Assembly (NCBI GenBank): GCA_965240325.2
Contig: OZ251227.1
Location: 3,286,001-3,350,000, forward strand
DNA from: Rebecca billardiae RCC1528
Lineage: Eukaryota > Protista > Haptophyta
Reading direction: 5' to 3'
Length of the DNA stretch: 64,000 nucleotides
Shown here: piece after piece, positions 22,448 through 31,941 of the stretch
Numbering within the stretch: position 1 is the first letter of the stretch
Layout: every line of letters starts with the position of its first letter
Notes under the pieces: generated by a model
The model's database searches: none
The model's input: only the letters and a program-made list of their open reading frames with translations
What the model was told of the DNA's origin: nothing
Made by a program: the position numbers and the translations under genes

Positions 22448-25045
22448 CGCCCACCGCCGCCGGCCCAGCCGCCGGGTCGTAGTGACATCGGCACACTCGG
22501 CACAGCCTGCTCTACTGCTGCTGTGACTCCATCTGAATTGAACTCCAAAGCCGTCGCTAGCAGTTCATCACTCGTCATAGTGACTCATACGCACTCCGAA
22601 TTCCGAGTCACCGACAGAACGTGGGTCCTCGAGACGGGCGACACGAATTGGAAACGCCGCGGCCGTTGCAGCACAGTTCTATTTTTAATACGCGCGAGCC
22701 CGCGCGTTTATTCAGCGCGCGAAGGTATTAGGTACCGCTAATAAGCCCGCGCTCCCGTGTGGGTAGGATGATGAGTATTGGATACCATTGCCGTGGACGA
22801 AACTTAATGGTGACAACAACAAAGGACACTGGAAGGACAGCCCCTTTCTCGCTCCAGCCATTCATTATGTCTCGCCCAATATTAACGACTGATTTTTTAC
22901 CAGCGAAGCGCTAGAATGCATCAAATACTGTCATCAAATGACTGCTGAAATGAGCGCTCAAGCCCAATGAAAATTAACTGCCCCGACTTTAGGTCGGTAC
23001 CGCGAAATCGCGAATATTGGGTTTCGTTGCGTCCGTGAAAGTGGTGGTATCATAAAAACTAAACCCACAACTCCGCAAGCCCGGACCGCAATTAATGAAT
23101 CAGGCCGAACCTGGTGCGACGTGTGCGAACAGGTACTTTGCGCCCGGGGAGGGTCATCAACGCCCATCAACCAACCCCCCGCCCGCGCGGCCGCGTTACC
23201 CGGGAGGCGTTTGCTCAACTCCCCGCCGCCACGCACAGAAGCACTCCGCACCATGGCCGACGACACCGCCGCGGCCCAGCTCCTTCGGGACCGGGCCATC
23301 GAGGGGGACACGCGCGCCGCGCTCCTCCTCGCCAAGCGCCTCGAGTCCGGTGACGGCGTGCCGCAGGACGACGACGAGGCGGCCTTCATGCACCGCCTCG
23401 CCGCCGACGGCGGCCTGCCGGACGCGCAGCTGCGGCTGGGCCAGATGTACCAGGACGGGGCGCTCGGCCTGGCGCAGGACTTCAAGGAGGGCGTGCGCTG
23501 GATCAAGATGGCCGCGGACCAGGGCTTCGCCGACGCGCAGCTCGAGATGGGCGTGTGCTGCGACCGCGGCGAGGGCGTGCCGCAGGACATGGACGAGGCG
23601 CTGCGCTGGTACCGGCTGGCGGCCGAGCAGGGCAGCGCGGGCGCGCAGTGCAACCTGGGCTTGTGCTACGGGCGCGGCGAGGGCGTGAGGCGCGACCTGA
23701 CCCAGGCGACGCACTGGTTTGGCCGCGCGGCCGAGCAGGGCTGGGCGGACGCGCAGTACAACCTGGGCGTGCTCGCCGAGGCCGAGGACGCGGCGGAGGC
23801 GGCGCGGTGGTACCGGCAGGCGGCGGAGCAGGGCCACGTGTCGTCGCAGTACAACCTCGCCGTGCTCCACGCGCAGGGCACGGGAGTGCCGCAGGACCTG
23901 CCCGAGGCGGTGCGCTACTTCCGGCTTGCGGCCGAGCAGGGCCGCGCGGGCGCGCAGTACATTCTCGCCAAGTGCTGCACGCAGGGCGAGGGCACGGCGA
24001 AGGACGCGGCCGAGGCGGCGAAGTGGTACCGGCTCGCGGCGGAGCAGGGGTACGCGGCCGCCGAGTTCCACCTCGGCGAGTGCTACGAGAGTGGCGAGGG
24101 CCTCGCGAAGGACGCCGCTGAGGCCGCGAGCTGGTACCGCCGAGCGGGCAATCAGGGCCACCCGAGTGCGCAGTTCAACCTCGGCTTGCTCTACGACCGG
24201 GGCGAGGGCGTGGCGCAGGACCGTGCGGAGGCGGCGCACTGGTTCCGGCGGGCGGCGGAGCTCGGCCGGCAGAACGCGCAGTACAACCTCGGCGTGTACC
24301 TCACCCACGGCTACGGCGGCGAGAAGGACGGCGCCGCGGCGGCGCGCTGGTTCCGGCGCGCCGCGCACCAGGGCCACGCGGACGCCCAGGTCGTGCTGGC
24401 GGACTGCGCGGACGACGGCGGCAAGGTGCCGGCGAACTGGCCGGAGGCGGCGCTCACCGTGTCCCAGCGCGGCGCGGACGACAGTGGCAGCCCGCTCGGC
24501 TACTTCAAGCTCGGCATGGCGCTCGTCGCCGGCGCGGGCGTCAAGCGCAACGTGGAGGCAGGCGTGCGGCTGCTGCACCACGCGCACGCGCTCGACGGCA
24601 CGCTTGACCCGAGCCAGGCGCTCGCGCGGTTCGCCGGTGACGCGGAGGTGGTGTCCAAGTGCTGCATGGTGTGTGCGCAGACCGGGGACGCGCTGCGGAG
24701 GTGCGAGCAGTGCAAGGTCGCCGCCTTTTGCTCCGACGAGCACCTCCGCCACCCTGCCCTGATGGCGCACAAGCTGCACTGCGCCGACCTGAGCTCGGAC
24801 CGGCCCGCGGCGCCCATGATGGCCGGCTCCTAACTCACTCCGTGCACGACGGCCGCCCGGCGCGCGCGCGGCCGGCCGCTGGCTGCGCGCGCTGTGCCGC
24901 ACCTTCACCGTGTCCGCGTGCCGCGTGCGCGACGGACATCTCGGACTCGGAGCGCCCCGCGCGGCGGTCGGTGATTCGAAGCGCTGCCTTTATGATTCTT
25001 CAAATATCAGTCAATCACGACTCGTCTCCCGTCGGCCGCGACTCA
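22128..25045 (+). repeat. Segmental duplication copy 1 (Sel1-A tail, spacer and Sel1-B); partner at 28440-31580
   Basis: Near-identical coding sequence and an alignable spacer (e.g. ...ctgtgactccatctgaattgaactccaaagccgtcgctagc...) in both copies. Confidence 0.9.
23253..24833 (+). CDS. Sel1-like repeat protein with MYND finger (paralog B1)
   Basis: ATG at 23253 (MADDTAAAQLL), 526 aa, Sel1 repeats, then CMVC...CEQC..AAFCSDEH...HKLHC. Confidence 0.92.
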   Translation: MADDTAAAQLLRDRAIEGDTRAALLLAKRLESGDGVPQDDDEAAFMHRLAADGGLPDAQLRLGQMYQDGALGLAQDFKEGVRWIKMAADQGFADAQLEMGVCCDRGEGVPQDMDEALRWYRLAAEQGSAGAQCNLGLCYGRGEGVRRDLTQATHWFGRAAEQGWADAQYNLGVLAEAEDAAEAARWYRQAAEQGHVSSQYNLAVLHAQGTGVPQDLPEAVRYFRLAAEQGRAGAQYILAKCCTQGEGTAKDAAEAAKWYRLAAEQGYAAAEFHLGECYESGEGLAKDAAEAASWYRRAGNQGHPSAQFNLGLLYDRGEGVAQDRAEAAHWFRRAAELGRQNAQYNLGVYLTHGYGGEKDGAAAARWFRRAAHQGHADAQVVLADCADDGGKVPANWPEAALTVSQRGADDSGSPLGYFKLGMALVAGAGVKRNVEAGVRLLHHAHALDGTLDPSQALARFAGDAEVVSKCCMVCAQTGDALRRCEQCKVAAFCSDEHLRHPALMAHKLHCADLSSDRPAAPMMAGS

Positions 25046-26435
25046 ATTGTCTCAAACCCAGAGCTGTGTGCGGCTCCTATTTTTAGTAGTCGAACAGTAC
25101 TCAGTAGAGGGCCGCCGCCGTCCAGCGCCGGCGGGAACTTCATTAACTGCGTATACTCCATTACCGTATAGCTTATTAGTTATAGTAACTTAGTATTAGT
25201 CGGATCGATCGATCATCCGTCGGCGCTGTTTGTATATATTTGGCCGCGCTGCGGCCGCTGCGCGCGGGACCAGGCGAGTTTATGGCCCGCGGTGCAGGGC
25301 GGAGCGCGCAGCGTGGAGCCCGCACCAGCGGGCCCGAACAACGTTTCAAAAAGATCTTTGATCAAGAAAAAAGGGACGGGGGACGATTTTCATGGCTGGA
25401 GGAGACCGAGTTTCGATTTTGAGACGACTCCCTTACAGGTGCATTAGCGTCGAAAAAGGTCGCGCCCACGGCAAGTTCATAGTAAAGCGTGGAGTGACGC
25501 CCGTCCAAAAAACTTCACGCCCTTTAGGATCCCTAACGTAACGAACCGTTACAAGCGATTTTTCCGGCCAATGAGATTGCAGCAAGGTCCAAGGAGCGAT
25601 GACGTATCTAGATACAGATTGCCGCGAACCGATGTGACCATGTACGTCCCTTGAATCAGTTGAATCATAACTATTCAATCGCGCCGTGTCTGTATCAGGA
25701 GCCGACCGGAGGCAAGGGTCAGTAGCCGATGGGCCAACCTCGGCGAATCTCAATACTATCTGACGCGAACGGACTTGGTTGGGCGCGCGCGTGGCCCCGG
25801 GCGGCGGCCCACCAGAGGCGGCCCGCTGTTTGGAGGCGAGCCACGGGCACGAGGCTCACGAGCGACCGGGTGAGGACGGCGATGGGCAGGTGCGCGCGGC
25901 GAATGGCGCCTGGAGCGCGCGGCTGCGGCGGGTCCCGACTGCCGTCGACATCGCGTTCGTCGTGCCCCCGCTCACTCCGCGCGCCCCCGCCGCCCCTGCC
26001 GCCCTGTCGATGCGGCCTTGCGCGGCCCCGGCGCCGTCCGCGAGCCGGCGCCGCAGCCGCCGCCCTGTGTTCGGGCTCTCGCAAGCTCGGGGGCAGCGGC
26101 GCCTGATGCCGGACTGATCGATCTCTGAGCCTTCGACTTCACCACGCGCCGCCCTTGCCATGCCTTTCCGGGGTCTCCCAGAACTCTTCTTGATTGAGAG
26201 AGAGCAGGCGCGCCGACGATCCGAGTCCATCGTCGGTCGACTCTGAGCGAGGGCTACGCCTCGGAACTGAACGGTACTCTACGAGGAGGACGAGCTGCGC
26301 GGGCGACGGTGGTGCGTGACGTCCCCAGAGCTGGCCGTGCCTCTGCAACGCGTGCCGAGCCTGATCGAGGTGTGTCAGCTGCCCGTGCACGCGCGGCGAG
26401 TGCGCGAACCGGATCACCGGTGCCCTCGCACCTCG

Positions 26436-26743
26436 GCACCGTGCTCCCTCGGGCTGTCAGCTCCGCGTGGCCTGGCGTGCACGTAGAGTTGCGCTCATGC
26501 GTCGATCACGCCTCGCGCCCGCCTGTCGGCCGTCGCGCAGGCGCTGGCGGTCGAACCCTACTCGGACCCTACTCCTCCAGCCCTACTCCCGGGCGCTGCC
26601 GGCGCGGGGGGTGTGACCCCGGGGACAGCGGTCAGCAGCAGCGGCCCGAACGAATCCGCGGCCCCGCACCGTGCTCCCTGGCTGTCAGCTCCGCGTGGCC
26701 TGGTGTGCACGTGGAGTCGCGCTCATGCGTCGATCACGCCTCG
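26436..26743 (+). repeat. ~80-bp direct repeat (26436-26515 and 26666-26743)
   Basis: gcaccgtgctccct(cg)ggctgtcagctccgcgtggcctgg(c/t)gtgcacgt(a/g)gagt(t/c)gcgctcatgcgtcgatcacgcctcg occurs twice. Confidence 0.85.
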
Positions 26744-28010
26744 TCGCATCCGCCCGCGGTACACAATCGGCGCCGCGCCGGCGGCTGCAATGGGCCCGCC
26801 CGGCGCGGCGGGCGGCGGCGCGCCGCTGATGGAGTCTAGTTGTACGGGCATATGCAACTGGTCTGTCAATAGACGACTGCGACGGAGGGTGCACCGCCAC
26901 CGCGGGCCCTGAACTACGTTCGTTCTACGGAAAAAGGACCGCGGAACGCGGTCATATTATATATATGTGGGGTTATTGGTACAATAACTGATTGTCTAAG
27001 AGGACGACAAGAACGCCGGGCGCCAGCGCCGCTCATCAGCCACATCGCCCTCTACCAGACCATCGCCTCAAAGCGCTGCTCCCGGACAAACAGTCTGTCC
27101 GGGTTTGTCGCCGCGGAGATCTGCTGTTTCCGGCGCCCCCTGGCTGCTTCGCCAGGCGCGGGCGCGCGAGATGGCTGCAGCCGGGCTCGTGGCCCTGCGT
27201 CGCCGGCGGCGGCGGCTCGCACGCGGGTGGCGCGTCGCGTGCACCGACCAACATCTTTCGGCAACTCACGCACCGCGTCTCGTCGACGGCGAGCGGCATG
27301 CCCACCGCATCTGCTGCCGCTCGCCAAGGCATGAGGACACGTAAATCCCACTGAGTAGGAACACACGCAGCCGCCTCGGCATCGACATGCCAGGCGGCGT
27401 GCCCACCTTCGGCCAGCAGTTGGCGTCGGCGTTCACGAGGACGGCTAGACATATATATATCGTGACTGGATATTATATGTATATATATATCGTGACTGGC
27501 GCGCGACCCGTGGACGGAACTTCCGACTCCGAGCGAGATCGAAGCCATGCGCTTCGTCAAGGCTACGCGCGCCGCGCGGCCGCCTAGCGGCCGACCGACG
27601 CGCGGTCCGCACAAGCGACTGACACTCGCCGCGGCACGGGCCGGAGCGAGTCTTCAGTCTTCCGCAAGAAGGACGACGCGGCTGAGCTCAAGCCTGCTGA
27701 GGGGTGGCGCGCCGCCGCCGCTGCCGCCGCTCGCGGCCGCCGGCCGTGTCCGCCGGCGGTGCCCTAGGCTGTGCGGGCGGTGCCGACTGCGGCGGCAGCG
27801 GCGGCGGCGGCGGCGGCGGCGGCGGCTTGGGTAGTTGGCTGCTGGCGGCGCGGCCACCGCTGGCGCCGCCATGGGCGGCACCGGCGGCCCTCTCGGGCCG
27901 GCAAACAGCGCGTGGTACCTGTGCGGCGGCCTGACCTCGGCGGCCGACGGCGTTGCCGCCGGCCCCGGCTTGGCGCGTCCAAGCTCTCCGCCGCCGCGCG
28001 CCGCGCCGCG

Positions 28011-28850
28011 GGGCTGCTGTATGGCCAGTGGCAGACGGAGCCGCTGCGCGTCTCGAGCGCGACCGGCTGCGCGGTGCCTCGCAACCGGTACGGCGTGGTG
28101 GACGTGCTCACGCCTGCGCACCTACCAGAGGTGAGACCGTGAGAGGGCACTGTGCACGTGCACCTGCCGCGCGCTGCGGCGGGTCGCGACTCGCGAGGGC
28201 GCTCTTCATCGACTACGCACCCGCCAAGGTGATGTTCGAGTGGCACGGCGGCAACGCGAACCCTCGGTTCGGTGGGGTGGCGGTGTGCGCCGAGCACGCC
28301 GAGACGGTGGCTGACGCGCACGCGGCGCGGACGCAAGCGATGCTCCAGGCGGGAAGCGCGTCAATCAAGGTGGAGCAGGAGGCGGAGCACCGCGCAGCAC
28401 TCTGCACTGGCGTGCGCTGGCTCCGCGCGCTGTCGATTCACCATAAGCTCGGGGTGCGATGCGGCTCTTGTCGGGCGCGGGCGTCGAGCGCGACGTCGGG
28501 CAGGGCGCGTGGCCGCTGCACCACGCGCACGCGCTCGACCGCACCGGCTCGACCCGAGCCAGGCGCTCGCGCGGTTCGCCGGCGACGCGGATTGGTGCGG
28601 TCCGTCCGCCAAGTGCTGCATGGTGTGCGCGCAGACTGGGCGCGGCCTCAAGACGTGCGACCGGTGCCACGTGGTGGTGTTCTGCTCGCAGAACCACCTG
28701 CGCCAAGCGTGGAAGGCGCACGGGCTGCACCGTGCCACGACTGCGGTGCACAGAGAGGTCGCGTCGGCGTCGACGCCCACCGCCGCCGGCGGCCCACTCG
28801 GGCCACTGCCGCCGGGTCGTAGTGACATCGGCACCGACTCGGCACAGCCT
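28011..28850 (+). pseudogene. Chimeric pseudogene: Rad4/XPC C-terminal (BHD3) fragment fused to a degenerate Sel1-A MYND tail
   Basis: LLYGQWQTEP...VPRNRYGVVDVLTPAHLP / IDYAPAKVMFEWHGGNANPRFGGVAVCAEH resembles XPC/Rad4 (YG.WQT...VPRN.FG.V...P..LP; ID...A..GF.FHGG...P...G..VC.E) across frameshifts. From 28440 the DNA copies the Sel1-A 3' end. Confidence 0.75.
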
Positions 28851-29199
28851 ACTCTACTGCTGCTGTGACTCCATCTGAATTGAACTCCAAAGCCGTCGCT
28901 AGCAGTTCATCACTCGTCATAGTGACTCATACGCACTCCGAATCCGAGTCACCGACAGAACGATGTGGGTTGTCTGCCGGCGGCGGCACGCCGGTACTTC
29001 GTCGGTCCTCCGGCGGCGCGACGCACCTGATACGAATTGGAAACGCCGCGGCCGTTGCAGCACAGTATTCTATTTTTAATACGCGCGAACTGCCCGCGCG
29101 TTTATTCAGCGGCGTGCTTGAGTATTAGGTACCGCTAATAAGCCCGCGCTCCCGTGTGGGTAGGATGATGAGTTTTCGATACCCGGTTGGCGTGGACTA

Positions 29200-29292
29200 C
29201 AGTTTACTATGATTTAACGTACACACTTGGTTAAGGCGTGATTAACGCCATCCAACACTGCACAAAGACACCACCACCAAAACAGTAAACTG
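29200..29292. mobile_element. Candidate 93-bp MITE-like insertion (CAGTTTACT...AGTAAACTG)
   Basis: Present in duplication copy 2 and absent at the matching position in copy 1 (~22800). Has 9-bp terminal inverted repeats and TA on the left side only. Confidence 0.45.
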
Positions 29293-29803
29293 AATGGTGA
29301 CGCAACAACAAAGGACACTGGAAGGACAGCCCCTTTCTCGCTCCAGCCATTCATTACAGTTTACTAAGAATAATTAAGAGACACACACTCAGGCAGGCGA
29401 GATTACAGTTTACTAAGAATAAGAGACGCACACAGCTCAGGCAGGCGAGATTATGTCTCGCCCAATAAGAACTGATTTTTCATCAGCGAGGTGGTAGAGT
29501 GCATCAAATACTAACAAATGAGCCCTGGAATATGCGCCTCCTGGGTCGGTATAGAATTGGGTTTCGTTGCGTCCGTCGTCGGGAAGTGGTGGTAACTAAA
29601 CCCACATATCCACGAGCCCGGACCGCAATTAATCAATCAGGCCGAACCTGGTGCAACGTGTGCGAACAGGTACTTTGCGCCCGGGGAGGGTCATCGGAGG
29701 GTCATCAACGCCTCCCATCAACCAACCCCCCGCCCGCGCGGCCGCGTTACCCGGGAGGCGTTTGCTCAACTCCCCGCCGCCACGCACAGAAGCACTCCGC
29801 ACC

Positions 29804-31384
29804 ATGGCCGACGACACCGCCGCGGCCCAGCTCCTTCGGGACCGGGCCACCCAGGGGGACACACGCGCCGCGCTCCTCCTCGCCAAGCGCCTCGAGTCCG
29901 GTGACGGCGTGCCGCAGGACGACGACGAGGCGGCCTTCATGTACCACGTCGCCGCCGACGGCGGCCTGCCGGACGCGCAGCTGCGGCTGGGCCAGATGTA
30001 CCAGGACGGGGCGCTCGGCCTGGCGCAAGACTTCAAGGAGGGCGTGCGCTGGATCAAGATGGCCGCGGACCAGGGCTTCGCCGACGCGCAGCTCGAGATG
30101 GGCGTGTGCTGCGACGACGGCGAGGGCGTGCCGCAGGACATGGACGAGGCACTGCGCTGGTACCGGCTGGCGGCCGAGCAGGGCAGCGTGGGCGCGCAGC
30201 ACAACCTGGGCTTGTGCTACGAGCGCGGCGAGGGCGTGAGGCGCGACCTGACCCAGGCGACGCACTGGTTTGGCCGCGCGGCCGAGCAGGGCTGGGCGGA
30301 CGCGCAGTACAACCTGGGCGTGCTCGCCGAGGCCGAGGACGCGGCGGAGGCGGCGCGGTGGTACCGGCAGGCCGCGGAGCAGGGCCACGCGGCGTCGCAG
30401 TACAACCTCGCCGTGCTCCACGCGCAGGGCACGGGCGTGCCGCAGGACCTGCCCGAGGCGGTGCGCTACTTCCGGCTTGCCGCCGAGCAGGGCCGCGCGG
30501 GCGCGCAGTACATTCTCGCCAAGTGCTGCACGCAGGGCGAGGGCACGGCGAAGGACGCGGCCGAGGCGGCGAAGTGGTACCGGCTCGCGGCGGAGCAGGG
30601 GTACGCGGCCGCCGAGTTCCACCTCGGCGAGTGCTACGAGAGTGGCGAGGGCCTCGCGAAGGACGCCGCTGAGGCCGCGAGCTGGTACCGCAGAGCGGGC
30701 AAGCAGGGCCACCCGAGTGCGCAGTTCAACCTCGGCTTGCTCTACGACCGGGGCGAGGGCGTGGCGCAGGACCGTGCGGAGGCGGCGCACTGGTTCCGGC
30801 GGGCGGCGGAGCTCGGCCGGCAGAACGCGCAGTACAACCTCGGCGTGTACCTCACCCACGGCTACGGCGGCGAGAAGGACGGCGCCGAAGCGGCGCGCTG
30901 GTTCCGGCGCGCCGCGCACCAGGGCCACGCGGACGCCCAGGTCGTGCTGGCGGACTGCGCGGACGACGGCGGCAAGGTGCCGGCGAACTGGCCGGAGGCG
31001 GCGCTCACCGTGTCCCAGCGCGGCGCGGACGACAGCGGCAGCCCGCTCGGCTACTTCAAGCTCGGCATGGCGCTCGTCGCCGGCGCGGGCTTCGAGCGCG
31101 ACGTCGAGGAGGGCGCGCGGCTGCTGCACCACGCGCACGCGCTCGACGACACGCTTGACCCGAGCCAGGCGCTCGCGCGGTTCGCCGGCGACGCGGAGGT
31201 GGTCTCCAAGTGCTGCATGGTGTGCGCGCAGACCGGGGACGCGCTGCGGAGGTGCGAGCAGTGCAAGGTCGCCGCCTTCTGCTCTGACGAGCACCTCCGC
31301 CACCCCGCGTGGAACTCGCACAAGCTGCACTGCGCCGACCTGAGCTCGGACCGGCCCGCGGCGCCCACGATGGCCGGCTCCTAA
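29804..31384 (+). CDS. Sel1-like repeat protein with MYND finger (paralog B2, mosaic)
   Basis: ATG at 29804, 526 aa. Nearly identical to B1 except 31094-31233, which matches paralog A, and a few substitutions. Confidence 0.92.
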   Translation: MADDTAAAQLLRDRATQGDTRAALLLAKRLESGDGVPQDDDEAAFMYHVAADGGLPDAQLRLGQMYQDGALGLAQDFKEGVRWIKMAADQGFADAQLEMGVCCDDGEGVPQDMDEALRWYRLAAEQGSVGAQHNLGLCYERGEGVRRDLTQATHWFGRAAEQGWADAQYNLGVLAEAEDAAEAARWYRQAAEQGHAASQYNLAVLHAQGTGVPQDLPEAVRYFRLAAEQGRAGAQYILAKCCTQGEGTAKDAAEAAKWYRLAAEQGYAAAEFHLGECYESGEGLAKDAAEAASWYRRAGKQGHPSAQFNLGLLYDRGEGVAQDRAEAAHWFRRAAELGRQNAQYNLGVYLTHGYGGEKDGAEAARWFRRAAHQGHADAQVVLADCADDGGKVPANWPEAALTVSQRGADDSGSPLGYFKLGMALVAGAGFERDVEEGARLLHHAHALDDTLDPSQALARFAGDAEVVSKCCMVCAQTGDALRRCEQCKVAAFCSDEHLRHPAWNSHKLHCADLSSDRPAAPTMAGS

Positions 31385-31941
31385 CTTACTCCGTGCACGA
31401 CGGAAGCCCGGCGCGCGCGCGGCCGGTCGCTGGCTGCGCGCGCTGTGCCGCACCTTCACCGTGTCCGCGTGCCGCGTGCGCGACGGTGACGACATCTGAG
31501 CGCCCCGCGGTGACGAAGCGCTGCCTTCACTCATCACGACTGCGTCTCGCCCGCGTCTCCCGGCGGCCGCACTACTCACTAAGAGTCACGGACCCATCAG
31601 AGTCTCGCGCCAAAGTCAGAGACCGCGAGGTCGCGCCGCCGCACAATTCGACTCGTCCCAGTCGTCAGTGACTGCACTTCCATCACGTCCATCACTGTGC
31701 TGTGATAGTATATCGTCTAGCTATAGCGCAACATATCAGCTAGCTAGAATAACACTCTCTACTGCTTGATGATGCATCACTCGATCTGCTGCTACTAGCT
31801 AATTATTAGTCTGGCAGCATCCGAATCCGATTCCGAACCGCGCTGCTCTGACTCGCGGCGACTGACTCGGGGCGCCGAGCGGCGAGCGGCCGCGACGGAG
31901 TGTCGCCGCGGCTACTCCGGTAGAGTAGTACCGTTGGCGGC

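Larger units (their letters stand above)
28440..31580 (+). repeat. Segmental duplication copy 2
   Basis: Aligns to 22128-25045 with many small indels in non-coding parts. Confidence 0.9.
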
